Part shown: piece after piece, positions 37,999 to 46,389 of the stretch
Layout: each line of letters starts with the position of its first letter
How positions within the stretch are numbered: the stretch's first letter is position 1
Source: a virus
Lineage: Duplodnaviria; Caudoviricetes
Length of the DNA stretch: 46,389 bases
Virus record (IMG/VR): IMGVR_UViG_3300025117_000106
Coordinates: 1-46,389 of that record
Strand: one strand, 5' to 3'
Notes under the pieces: model-generated
The model's database searches: none
What the model was told of the DNA's origin: nothing
The model's input: the letters and a program-made list of their open reading frames with translations, nothing else
Made by a program: the position numbers and the translations under genes

Positions 37999-38031
37999 CA
38001 CTTGCAAGTGAACAGAAAAACACTATGTTTG
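37999..38031 (+). promoter_or_regulatory. Putative early promoter with an overlapping 12-bp palindrome
   Basis: TTG(38002-38004)-N19-TATGTTTG(38024-38031) fits the Bacteroidota -33/-7 consensus (TTTG/TAnnTTTG); palindrome CACTTGCAAGTG at 37999-38010. Confidence 0.55.
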
Positions 38032-38083
38032 TACACAACGATTAGAAAACTTATTTAAGAATAGAAATCAAGGAGATAGATAG

Positions 38084-38302
38084 ATGAAAACGATTCAGGA
38101 TTTAATTAAAAGTTTAGATGGCATCGTAGGCAAAACTCAAATTATCCTCGACATCCGATTAGGCAATCATAATTTAGTAGCAAAGAAATTTGCGAACAGC
38201 TATGCGATAGAAGATGATGTTGCAAAGAAATATATCATCACCAGAAAAAAACTTCACGCCGAAAAAGAATTAAAGAAAAAGAATTTACTCAAACAAAAAT
38301 AG
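38084..38302 (+). CDS. Small basic hypothetical protein (72 aa)
   Basis: AAGGAG SD; first gene after the promoter gap. Confidence 0.7.
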   Translation: MKTIQDLIKSLDGIVGKTQIILDIRLGNHNLVAKKFANSYAIEDDVAKKYIITRKKLHAEKELKKKNLLKQK

Positions 38303-38306
38303 AATT

Positions 38307-38705
38307 ATGGAAAAAGTATTTACCGAAATAGAAAAAAAGATATTGTCTAATTGGTTCTCCGGGACAATATCAGAGAGAGAAACAATTCTTAAACTCTTAG
38401 GTGAATTTGAGGATAGGAATAAGTGTTTGATTGCTTTCTTGAAAGAAGCGGTGGACAACTATATAGCCAACGAATTTACGAATTACATAAAATCTATTGA
38501 TATTGATTTATACAATAGCTTTATATACGATGCAACAACAGGCGGATATTATTTGGGAGATAGACAGCCCGATTTTGATGAAGATTATAAGAAGGTAAGA
38601 GTGACATCAGACAAGAGTATTAAAAGAATAGCTAAACTATACAATTCATTAGTTACAGAAAAAATCGATTCGTTATTTATACAATTCAAAGAGAAGCGTA
38701 TATAA
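38307..38705 (+). CDS. Hypothetical protein (132 aa)
   Basis: Tightly packed + strand ORF. Confidence 0.65.
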   Translation: MEKVFTEIEKKILSNWFSGTISERETILKLLGEFEDRNKCLIAFLKEAVDNYIANEFTNYIKSIDIDLYNSFIYDATTGGYYLGDRQPDFDEDYKKVRVTSDKSIKRIAKLYNSLVTEKIDSLFIQFKEKRI

Positions 38706-38706
38706 A

Positions 38707-38898
38707 ATGAACCAACGAGAGAAATATCATAAAGCATTGAAAAAAAGTTTAGAACATATTGCTGACCCTAACTTCCGAAGGATGGAGAAACAAGGGGCAG
38801 AGTATTTTACAGAATTGCTTAGTAAGGCTCATAAAGACATAGAGATAAAAGATGGAAAACCACTTGGGTCAATAAGATATAAAAGAGTACCAAAATGA
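38707..38898 (+). CDS. Hypothetical protein (63 aa)
   Basis: Tightly packed; ATGA overlap with the next gene. Confidence 0.6.
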   Translation: MNQREKYHKALKKSLEHIADPNFRRMEKQGAEYFTELLSKAHKDIEIKDGKPLGSIRYKRVPK

Positions 38899-39110
38899 AA
38901 TTAGTACGTTGGAAATTTGAATTAGATCAAACTGATGGGCATAATGATTATCTGATATATTCGGGCAAAAGCTATATTGGCTTAATTTGCGGAGAAGTAA
39001 AATACCAACTTGTTTTGGGAGGGCGTAGCATAGGAACTACCGATAAATTATGGAAAGCAAAAATAAAATTTATATGCAAATACTATTTGACAAGATTATT
39101 AGGCGTATGA
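38895..39110 (+). CDS. Hypothetical protein (71 aa)
   Basis: ATGA overlap. Confidence 0.6.
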   Translation: MKLVRWKFELDQTDGHNDYLIYSGKSYIGLICGEVKYQLVLGGRSIGTTDKLWKAKIKFICKYYLTRLLGV

Positions 39111-39123
39111 CCATCAAAAAGAA

Positions 39124-39249
39124 ATGAGTTGGTTTTCTTACAAATATAAAATTTATTCAGAATTTTTTGAATCCAAAGGGAAGAAAAGGAAAATAATGTT
39201 CCGTTTATTATTTCCACGCTTCTATTCAATTTATAAACAGTTACAGTAA
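39124..39249 (+). CDS. Small hypothetical protein (41 aa; not in the ORF track)
   Basis: Translated by hand as MSWFSYKYKIYSEFFESKGKKRKIMFRLLFPRFYSIYKQLQ*; fills the gap between neighbouring genes. Confidence 0.45.
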   Translation: MSWFSYKYKIYSEFFESKGKKRKIMFRLLFPRFYSIYKQLQ

Positions 39250-39264
39250 ATACAGGAGAAAGAA

Positions 39265-39528
39265 ATGAGCGCACCATACATAAGTGAAAGAACAAAAACA
39301 ATGAGCCATTGTTGTGGAGCACCGATAATGGATGATTCAGATATTTGCACGGAATGTAAAGAACATTGTGAGGGAGAGGAAGTTTGTCCTGAATGCAATG
39401 GCTCCGGTAGAGTAGATGAAATAGATGAGAGCAGAATCAATTCACACACAATTGATATCCCTTACAAAAAAGTTAGTTGTGAAAAATGCAAAGGTGAAGG
39501 AACATTAATAGTTGAGATAGATTTATAG
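39265..39528 (+). CDS. Cys-rich zinc-finger protein, DnaJ-CXXCXGXG-like (87 aa)
   Basis: 'SHCCGA..ICTECKEHC', 'CPECNGSG', 'CEKCKGEG'; AGGAG SD. Confidence 0.8.
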   Translation: MSAPYISERTKTMSHCCGAPIMDDSDICTECKEHCEGEEVCPECNGSGRVDEIDESRINSHTIDIPYKKVSCEKCKGEGTLIVEIDL

Positions 39529-39556
39529 TATTTACAGAAACAAGAAAGAAACAGTA

Positions 39557-40147
39557 ATGCCAGTCCTAACATTTGAAGAAGAAAATCACATCTATAAATT
39601 AGATGGCGTAAACATTCCTTCCGTAACTCAGATTACAAAGGAAGCCGGATTAATGGATTTATCTTTCGTTAAGAAAGAACTTTTAGAATACAAGGCTGAT
39701 CTTGGAAAGAAGATTCACTCGACTACCGAACTATACGACAACAACAATCTTGATCTTGAATCACTTCATCCGGTACTAAAGGGATATTTGAACGGATGGA
39801 TAAAATTCAGAACCGAAAGCAAGTTCATACCTATATTAATAGAGTATAGAAGATTTCACCCTCTTTACAGGTATGCCGGAAGGATTGACAGAATAGGAAC
39901 GATAGAGAATGTACTTGCAGAATTGGATTTGAAATCGGGAGTGCATCATCATTCATACGCAATACAATCAGCCGGGTACACCGAACTCTATAATTATGGT
40001 AAACCAAAGAACGAACAAGTAAAGAAACGATTCACTCTTTATCTAAAAGAAGATGGAACGTACAGCCTCCAGGAACATAAAAATCCAAACGATAAGACAG
40101 TGTTCTTATCAGCACTAACGGTAACAAATTATTTAAGATCACATTAA
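39557..40147 (+). CDS. PD-(D/E)XK exonuclease-like protein (196 aa)
   Basis: 'HIY..IPSVTQI', 'GKKIH', 'YAGRIDR..LDLKSG..IQSAGY'. Confidence 0.82.
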   Translation: MPVLTFEEENHIYKLDGVNIPSVTQITKEAGLMDLSFVKKELLEYKADLGKKIHSTTELYDNNNLDLESLHPVLKGYLNGWIKFRTESKFIPILIEYRRFHPLYRYAGRIDRIGTIENVLAELDLKSGVHHHSYAIQSAGYTELYNYGKPKNEQVKKRFTLYLKEDGTYSLQEHKNPNDKTVFLSALTVTNYLRSH

Positions 40148-40162
40148 AAAAGGAGATTTAAG

Positions 40163-40591
40163 ATGCAAGACGGAAACGTAAATTTAACCATTAGCAAAGA
40201 GATAGTTACCCCGATTGTAGATGCTAAGATTAAAGAAGCTATACTTGCTGCGCTTGGGGGGACTGATAATTTAGTGAAAATTGTCACTGACAAAATAATT
40301 AACCAAAAAGTTGACGCCAAAGGCAATGTGTCATCTTACAGTAGTGAAAATAAATTTAGTTGGCTTGATATTATGGTGACAACCCAAATAGAGACGGCTG
40401 TTAGAGAAGAATTAAAGATACAAATTGCCAATTCCTCAAGCGTTATCAAAGAGGCACTTATTAACCAATTAAGGACTAAAAAAGGTTCAAGTATGGTCGC
40501 ATCAGCCTTACTCGCTGGATTAGATAAGTCTTTTGAATCTAGTTGGAGATCAAATATAGAAATTAAAATAACTCCGTTAACAAATAATTAA
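40163..40591 (+). CDS. Hypothetical protein (142 aa)
   Basis: AAGGAG SD; helical. Confidence 0.7.
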   Translation: MQDGNVNLTISKEIVTPIVDAKIKEAILAALGGTDNLVKIVTDKIINQKVDAKGNVSSYSSENKFSWLDIMVTTQIETAVREELKIQIANSSSVIKEALINQLRTKKGSSMVASALLAGLDKSFESSWRSNIEIKITPLTNN

Positions 40592-40606
40592 AAGAAGGAA
40601 CGCAAA

Positions 40607-41308
40607 ATGACAACAAAGAAAGACACCGCCGGAAACATTTCGGTAAACATCAACACAGTAGAGGAACAAAAAAAGACAAGTGATGTTCCCGCCCTGTTAA
40701 AGAAAGCCGAACTAACAATCTCTAATCAGGCAGAGTATGAAACCGCAGCAACAGTATTGAGCGAAGTTAAAAACCGCTACAAAGAACTTGACACACAGCG
40801 TAAGGAAATAACCAAACCTATCGATGATGCCAAGACAAGGATAATGGATCTATTCAAACCTCCATTAGAACTTCTAAAGAAAGCAGAAAACAAGATCAAA
40901 GACTTGATGGATGCTTACAGAGAAGAACAGGAACGAAAAGCTGAGGAAGAACGCAAACGCCTACAAAAGTTAGCAGATCAGGAAACGGAGAGGCAAAAGA
41001 AAATTCTTGATGAGAAAATTGCAAGGGCGAACGCATCAGGGAAAACAGAAAAAGTAGAAGAACTCCAGATGCAGAAAGAAACCATTGTTCCGATAGTCCC
41101 GGTAGTTGCACCAAAGATAGAAACCCCGAAAGGAATCTCATACAAAGATCAATGGACAGCCGAAGTTGTTGATTTCGGATTACTACCAAACGAATATAAG
41201 GTAGCCAATCAACAAACATTAGATAAAGTTGCTCAAGCGACAAAAGGAAGCATCACAATACCAGGAGTAGTATTTCACTCTAAAAAAATTGTAGCATCAA
41301 GAAGCTAA
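40607..41308 (+). CDS. Coiled-coil protein, Gp157/Gam-like (233 aa)
   Basis: 'RKEITKPID' coiled coil; C-terminal 'W.AEVVDFGLLPNEY..IPGVVF'. Confidence 0.6.
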   Translation: MTTKKDTAGNISVNINTVEEQKKTSDVPALLKKAELTISNQAEYETAATVLSEVKNRYKELDTQRKEITKPIDDAKTRIMDLFKPPLELLKKAENKIKDLMDAYREEQERKAEEERKRLQKLADQETERQKKILDEKIARANASGKTEKVEELQMQKETIVPIVPVVAPKIETPKGISYKDQWTAEVVDFGLLPNEYKVANQQTLDKVAQATKGSITIPGVVFHSKKIVASRS

Positions 41309-41335
41309 CAAATACAGGAAAGAAGAATTATTAAA

Positions 41336-42121
41336 ATGGCAGTAACAAAAAAGAAACCAAGAAGCAAGCCGATTGTTAAAGGAAAACAATCATCAATTGA
41401 AAAACTGATAGCACAGGCAATAAATAAAAAAGCCTTTGATGCAATTGACATGATAGTTGGTTACGATAGAGAACTCAGAGCGGAGAAAGCTAAGAGATCA
41501 TACTTCACGGCAATGAGAACCTTCCAGAACGAAGTGCCTGATTTACCAAAGGTTCAGGAAGCGACTGATAAAAACGGAAGACATTACAAATTTTGTCCCC
41601 TTCCTCTTATAGTAGTGAAGATTCAGCCCTTCATTTATAAACTAAATTTCATTTACAGATGGGATTTTAAGGCAATTGGCGAAAAGATTGAATGTACTTG
41701 CATCAATACCCACATTGACGGACACTCGGAAACAGCAAGTATGACGGCGGACAGGGATGATTCTGAAAGTATGAACAACCTCCAAAGTATTGGCAGTACC
41801 AACACCTATTTACAGAGGCGTACATTAATTGCTGTTCTTGGACTAACTACGGCTGAGGAAGATAATGACGGAGCGACAGCAAACACTTCAACAAAAACAA
41901 CCTCCGCTATTCCAGATCCTCAAGCAATCTCTAAAGAGAGAGAAGCATTAGAGGCAATGGCAATAGAAGAACTTGTTCTTAAAGTAGAAACGGATATTCT
42001 TGATAAGTCTCTCAAGGAGAAATTCAAAGATAGATTTGAGAACGGAAAAGTTATATTCACCGCAAAGGAACAAGGTGAGGTCAAGAAACTTATTATAGAC
42101 ATAATCCTTGAGAAGAAATAA
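41336..42121 (+). CDS. erf: ERF-family single-strand annealing protein (261 aa)
   Basis: 'HIDGHSE', 'QSIGSTNTYLQRRTLIAVLGL...EDNDG' ERF signature. Confidence 0.85.
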   Translation: MAVTKKKPRSKPIVKGKQSSIEKLIAQAINKKAFDAIDMIVGYDRELRAEKAKRSYFTAMRTFQNEVPDLPKVQEATDKNGRHYKFCPLPLIVVKIQPFIYKLNFIYRWDFKAIGEKIECTCINTHIDGHSETASMTADRDDSESMNNLQSIGSTNTYLQRRTLIAVLGLTTAEEDNDGATANTSTKTTSAIPDPQAISKEREALEAMAIEELVLKVETDILDKSLKEKFKDRFENGKVIFTAKEQGEVKKLIIDIILEKK

Positions 42122-42336
42122 TGAATAAACAATTAGCGGACTTTGCACGAGAAGAACTAAAAAAAGGGTTAGCGCAATTACCTGAATCTAACCAATTAAT
42201 GTTTAGGCGTATGTATTCTCATAAAAATTTGGATGCTGATATTAATGAAGTTGTCGATAAAATGCCGAATGATAAATTGGATTGGGCAATGCAACAAGTA
42301 GAGAGTTCGTTAGCCACAATTAAAAACAATCCTTGA
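42121..42336 (+). CDS. Hypothetical protein (71 aa)
   Basis: TAATG coupling. Confidence 0.7.
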   Translation: MNKQLADFAREELKKGLAQLPESNQLMFRRMYSHKNLDADINEVVDKMPNDKLDWAMQQVESSLATIKNNP

Positions 42337-42345
42337 GAAGAAATA

Positions 42346-42543
42346 ATGGAAATAAGTTTAAGAGATTATTTTGCCGGACACGTAGTACAAGGACTAATGG
42401 CGAATGAATTTGAAACCCTTGATTTGTTCAAGGGGGTGAAGGAAAAAAAAGAGAAAGAACTCAAACAACTTGCATCCGTAGTATATAAGATTGCGGATGC
42501 ACTAATAGAAGAAAGGAACAAAAGCAATGATAAACTCAATTAA
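42346..42543 (+). CDS. Small phage protein with 'SLRDYFA' motif (65 aa)
   Basis: 'SLRDYFAGHVVQGL..YKIADALIEER' is a common phage family pattern. Confidence 0.75.
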   Translation: MEISLRDYFAGHVVQGLMANEFETLDLFKGVKEKKEKELKQLASVVYKIADALIEERNKSNDKLN

Positions 42544-43540
42544 AACGGCATACAGAATAAACGTTGATAAGCGAGGGAAGATCACTACTGGAATAAAGAA
42601 AAAAAATGATAAGGGCGTGGAATATCCATCAACAACAGATTACTTTGTTATAGATGAATTTCCCGAACTTAAAGCTATTTATGGAGAGAAGCCCAAAAAG
42701 CTGATGTTAGTTTTTCCACAAAACGAAATTTCAAGTTTCCTTCAAATCGATAAAGTGTTATACGGTTCCAATAATGCAATGATTCGCAAATGTGATGAGA
42801 TAGAGTGCATACATAGAATTGATGAAGAATTAGATCACGTTGGAATAATTGACGTAGATGGAAGTTTGAAAGAAACAGAACCTTTCAAAAAGAAATATGT
42901 AGCTGGAGAAATATCCGAATGTTGTTGTAAGACAATGCCATCGATGATTACAAAGAATGGAAAAGAAGTTAAGAATCCGAAACTATGTAATTGTGCAATG
43001 TATATGAAAGCGCACATTGTTGATTACAAAACAAAAAAGATTGTTTCTCCAGTCTGCTATTTGTTTTATTCCGGAAGTATCAATACCGCAGCAAATATTT
43101 ATAGCGAGTTGGATAAAATAAAAACGATCACAAATGGAAGGCTCGCAAATATTCCTTTTGGACTTTCTCTTGATATGGTTGGCGGAAAAATGGATGCAAA
43201 GAGAAAATATCCAATCTGGAACATCCAGGTATTGGGAACAATGGAGCAGCTTGAAAAAGCCACAAACTCTTTCCTTTATGGATATAGAGATATGTTACAA
43301 ATCGGTGAGGGTGAAGACGAAGGAATAGATGATTCAAAGTCATTGCCGGAACACCCCCCAATTCAGGAAGACGATCTTATATTAAAGAAAATCCAGAACG
43401 CCAAAACCAAAGCGGAGCTGAATGATATCTTTGGAAAGTTAGGAGAGGAAGAACAAGGGAAATACATTACGGCAATACAGGATAGAGAACAGGAGATAGC
43501 AAATCCGGAAAGTGGATTGTTCGGAAAAGACGAAAACTAA
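42527..43540 (+). CDS. Recombination-directionality-factor-like (phiC31 gp3-like) protein (337 aa)
   Basis: 'GKITTGIK..YPSTTDYF..YGEKPKKL..P', 'RKCD', Cys cluster, 'SGSIN..GRLANIPFGL'. Confidence 0.65.
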   Translation: MINSIKTAYRINVDKRGKITTGIKKKNDKGVEYPSTTDYFVIDEFPELKAIYGEKPKKLMLVFPQNEISSFLQIDKVLYGSNNAMIRKCDEIECIHRIDEELDHVGIIDVDGSLKETEPFKKKYVAGEISECCCKTMPSMITKNGKEVKNPKLCNCAMYMKAHIVDYKTKKIVSPVCYLFYSGSINTAANIYSELDKIKTITNGRLANIPFGLSLDMVGGKMDAKRKYPIWNIQVLGTMEQLEKATNSFLYGYRDMLQIGEGEDEGIDDSKSLPEHPPIQEDDLILKKIQNAKTKAELNDIFGKLGEEEQGKYITAIQDREQEIANPESGLFGKDEN

Positions 43541-43552
43541 AAGGAGATAACT

Positions 43553-43762
43553 ATGGAACAAACCAAAGTAGAGAGATTGGTCGTTAAGCAAGCATTAAAA
43601 ATTGATGACTTAAAAAAAAGGTTGCGCCATTCTGAAAAACTAATAAAGACGGTTTTACTAAAAATAACCTGTATAGGCGCACCACTTAATGACAATATGC
43701 TTCATTATAGCAAAGAGCAACTAAAAATATTTATTGAAATCCAAGAGATTTTATCAGCTTAA
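43553..43762 (+). CDS. Hypothetical protein (69 aa)
   Basis: AAGGAG SD; 'CIGAPLNDN'. Confidence 0.7.
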   Translation: MEQTKVERLVVKQALKIDDLKKRLRHSEKLIKTVLLKITCIGAPLNDNMLHYSKEQLKIFIEIQEILSA

Positions 43763-43813
43763 AACTAATCTGCAATAAGCAGACAATTAAAAATAAACGT
43801 ATAGGAGTTATGT

Positions 43814-44242
43814 ATGCCTAAGAAAACACCGGAGAAAAAACCAAAGAAGAAATCGGATAAACCCAAATCTTCTTCTGCCTCCAAATCGCCCGAACTTCCT
43901 GAAGGTACAATGACACATCTTCAGGTAATTAACGTTGAGAGAAAACTCACACAAAAAGAAGTTGCGGAATGCGGAACAAATCTTGCAACACAGGAATTGC
44001 AGTTGGACCAGGTTCGTAAAGAAAAGAAGGAAGCCAATAGGGAATTTGATAACACTATCAAAGATCACCTGAAAAACATTATGCAATTTTCACACGCAAT
44101 TGATACAGGCATTCTGGTAGAAAACATTGAGTGTGATGTTGTGATTAACAGGGAAAAGGAAACAAAGTATTGTTATCCTAAAGACGGTTCAGAAATGATT
44201 ACTTTGAAAATGACACCCGAAGACTTTGATCTTCTTTCTTAA
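43814..44242 (+). CDS. Hypothetical protein (142 aa)
   Basis: AGGAG SD; basic N-terminal tail and coiled coil. Confidence 0.7.
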   Translation: MPKKTPEKKPKKKSDKPKSSSASKSPELPEGTMTHLQVINVERKLTQKEVAECGTNLATQELQLDQVRKEKKEANREFDNTIKDHLKNIMQFSHAIDTGILVENIECDVVINREKETKYCYPKDGSEMITLKMTPEDFDLLS

Positions 44243-46134
44243 TGGACGAGACATTAGAAATAGTTAAACAATCCATTCGAGGACTTGCCGGAGTTTGTGA
44301 CTTCGCAAGTTCTCAGGATGGTATGGGATTCAGTAAGACCGATACAAGTTTCGGTCATTCACTTGCTAAACAAGAAAATTGGAGTACAAAGCAAACGAAA
44401 GCTGCCTGTTCGCTTGTAATAAAATATCAAGGACAGCTCCCAAACGTTGATATAAATAAAATTCAGGAACTAATGAAAACACTTGATGAAACAATTCAGA
44501 AAGAAGAAGCGAATAAAAAAGCACAAATGAAAGTTTCACTTCTTACGGATAGAGAAGGTAATAAAAGTATTGCGATTACATTTCCTTATAATCCCGATAC
44601 AGTTGAGAAAATAAAAACATTTGAAGGAAGAAAATGGGATTCAACTAATAGACGTTGGGAAGTACCATTGCTTAATTTACCAAGAATAAAAACGATGTTT
44701 CCAACAGCCGAACTTTCAGAGGGGATAAAAGAACTTGAGAGCATTCAAGATCAAAAAGAAAAAATGATGTTAGAGGATTTCAAAGAGATATCCGCTACTA
44801 TTGATCTAACAAAACCATTACCTAACGGATTAACGCCTTTCGATCATCAGAGAAAAGGGATATTGAGGATGGTAAAATATCTCAGACAGATCCTCGCCGA
44901 TGATATGGGATTGGGTAAAACACTTCAATCTTTAGTTGCTGCAAAGATTCTTTCTGAATATAATAATTGGTTAATAGTAATAATCGCACCCGCCTCATTA
45001 CTTGAACGCCCCTGGAATAGAGACGCTAAAGCTCTTAAAATATCCAAACAAAAATATTCAATTCATTCTTGGGGTAAAATACCCGCTCCTCCGCCAAAAG
45101 AGTTTATATTGATTGCGGATGAAGCGCACTATGCACAGGCGGGGACAAAAACTTTAAGAGGAAAGGGTTTTCTAAAATTAGCAGAAAGCGAAAACTGTAA
45201 AGCCTGTTTTCCTTTGACCGGAACGCCAATTAAGAACGGCAGACCGATAAACATATATCCATTACTTAAAGCAGTAAGACACGAATTAGGAAAAGACAGC
45301 CGATATTTTCAATTAAGATTTTGTAATGCACACATCCGGGAGTTCGGAAAGAAAAATAAAAGAAAATTTTGGGATGTTACTGGTTCATCGCACCTTGAGG
45401 AACTTCACGAAAAGATTAAAGATATAATGATACGCCGGATAAAGAAAGAGTGTTTAGACCTTCCTGAAAAGCTCAGAGTATTGAGGGAGGCGGAATTATC
45501 TACTGAATCAATAAAACTTTACAATGAAACCCTAAACAATCTGAGAGCGACATATCAGAAAAGATTGGAAAGCGGAGAAATAAAAGAGGGCGGGGAAGCG
45601 TTGGTTATGTTGGGTCAATTGGCACACGCCGGAGCATTGGGTAAAATTGAAACGGCGTATGAATTAGCTTCAGAAGTTGTTGAGGAAGGAAACCAGGTCG
45701 TCATATTTTCTACTTTTGTGGAACCGCTTAAAACATTACGAGATAAATTTGAAAAGGATGGTATTCCAACATCACTATTAATAGGAGATACAAAAGATCG
45801 GGAAAAACTTGTTGATGATTCTCTAAAAGGGAAAAGCAGAGTATTCCTGTTAAGTATGGCTGGAGGGTTGGGTATTGATCTTTATACATCAACCACAATC
45901 ATCTTGATAAATCGCCCCTGGACACCGGGGGATGTTCTTCAGATTGAAGATCGTCTTCACAGAATAGGACAAAAGAATCCTGTAACTTCTATCTGGTTAC
46001 AATATGGAGAAGTGGATGAACACGTTGATGCAATACTTGAATCAAAGAACCAAAACATTTCTCAGGTACTTCAAAGCGGAAGCAAGGGAGATGATATAAT
46101 TACATTTGCAAAGAAATATTTTAAGGGAAAATAA
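44242..46134 (+). CDS. SNF2-family helicase with HARP-like domain (630 aa)
   Basis: 'FPYNPDTVEKIK..RKWD...W.VP' HARP-like; 'ILADDMGLGKT'; DEAH; 'LTGTPI.N'; 'QIEDRLHRIGQ'. Confidence 0.9.
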   Translation: MDETLEIVKQSIRGLAGVCDFASSQDGMGFSKTDTSFGHSLAKQENWSTKQTKAACSLVIKYQGQLPNVDINKIQELMKTLDETIQKEEANKKAQMKVSLLTDREGNKSIAITFPYNPDTVEKIKTFEGRKWDSTNRRWEVPLLNLPRIKTMFPTAELSEGIKELESIQDQKEKMMLEDFKEISATIDLTKPLPNGLTPFDHQRKGILRMVKYLRQILADDMGLGKTLQSLVAAKILSEYNNWLIVIIAPASLLERPWNRDAKALKISKQKYSIHSWGKIPAPPPKEFILIADEAHYAQAGTKTLRGKGFLKLAESENCKACFPLTGTPIKNGRPINIYPLLKAVRHELGKDSRYFQLRFCNAHIREFGKKNKRKFWDVTGSSHLEELHEKIKDIMIRRIKKECLDLPEKLRVLREAELSTESIKLYNETLNNLRATYQKRLESGEIKEGGEALVMLGQLAHAGALGKIETAYELASEVVEEGNQVVIFSTFVEPLKTLRDKFEKDGIPTSLLIGDTKDREKLVDDSLKGKSRVFLLSMAGGLGIDLYTSTTIILINRPWTPGDVLQIEDRLHRIGQKNPVTSIWLQYGEVDEHVDAILESKNQNISQVLQSGSKGDDIITFAKKYFKGK

Positions 46135-46135
46135 A

Positions 46136-46389
46136 ATGTCAACTACTACAAAAGCACAAAGAGAGATTTATGATAAAATCGATCAAGAAGAAATGAAAAA
46201 AATAAACATTGATAAAGTTGTCGCAGCAAGGGCTATGGTATCATTTGTTGGTTGGCGATTTGTTGATTGGGATGAAGATGGCAATTTCATAGTTGGTGAT
46301 ATGAAAAAAAATGAGGTTATTGAATTCAAAAAGTTTTGGCGAGAAATAGGTGCAGAAGTTTATTCTAAATGGCTATGGAAGCATAAGTT
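46136..46389 (+). CDS. Partial hypothetical protein running off the window end
   Basis: ATG 46136 (MSTTTKAQREIY...) is open to the end of the window. Confidence 0.6.
   Translation, partial: MSTTTKAQREIYDKIDQEEMKKINIDKVVAARAMVSFVGWRFVDWDEDGNFIVGDMKKNEVIEFKKFWREIGAEVYSKWLWKHK

Larger units (their letters stand above)
1..46389 (+). mobile_element. Tailed dsDNA bacteriophage/prophage genome segment (podovirus-like virion module, lysis module and early genes)
   Basis: Dense co-oriented genes with ATGA/TAATG overlaps. Endolysin, holin-like, adaptor, nozzle, ejection-type, ERF and HNH genes are present; no host housekeeping genes. No integrase, terminase or portal recognised in the window. Confidence 0.95.

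Noticed and set aside
39557-40147. Cas4 / CRISPR-associated call
   Set aside because: It lacks the four-Cys Fe-S motif and any cas context; an ordinary phage PD-(D/E)XK nuclease.
358-44086. Numerous minus-strand ORFs in the track
   Set aside because: They are antisense shadows of + strand genes with S/F/L-rich composition, no motifs and no consistent SDs.
1-46389. Stop-codon reassignment as in some crAss-like phages
   Set aside because: Long genes are intact under code 11, and TAA, TAG and TGA all end genes next to downstream starts.
1-46389. CRISPR array, tRNA genes, DGR or invertible shufflon
   Set aside because: No spaced repeats, cloverleaf motifs, reverse transcriptase, TR/VR pair or invertase seen by eye; non-coding space is minimal.

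Overview
This window is a 46-kb, AT-rich fragment of a tailed dsDNA phage (or prophage) with a short-tail, podovirus-like gene order. All credible genes are on the + strand, and the standard code (table 11) fits. Order: scaffold-like protein, probable major capsid protein, three head-tail adaptor/ring paralogs, a free-standing NUMOD4-HNH endonuclease, a tail nozzle, a lysis cluster with a GH19-type endolysin, small fibre genes, a GNAT, two ejection-type proteins and a 4868-aa polyvalent DarB-like protein. After a promoter-containing gap come early recombination/replication genes (PD-(D/E)XK nuclease, ERF, RDF-like, HARP/SNF2 helicase). Four things stand out. (1) The first adaptor gene looks split by a 5.8-kb cassette bounded by TATGA direct repeats; removing it would restore an in-frame 234-aa adaptor. 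(2) The cassette encodes fibre/adhesin-like proteins with Sec signal peptides. (3) The giant gene carries two, possibly three, small overprinted genes in its +1 frame, each with its own Shine-Dalgarno. (4) A recurrent [FY]QLK motif marks the giant protein's domain boundaries. The host is probably in the Bacteroidota/Chlorobiota/Ignavibacteriota group (inference). Family calls come from recognising motifs by eye; no database searches were run.
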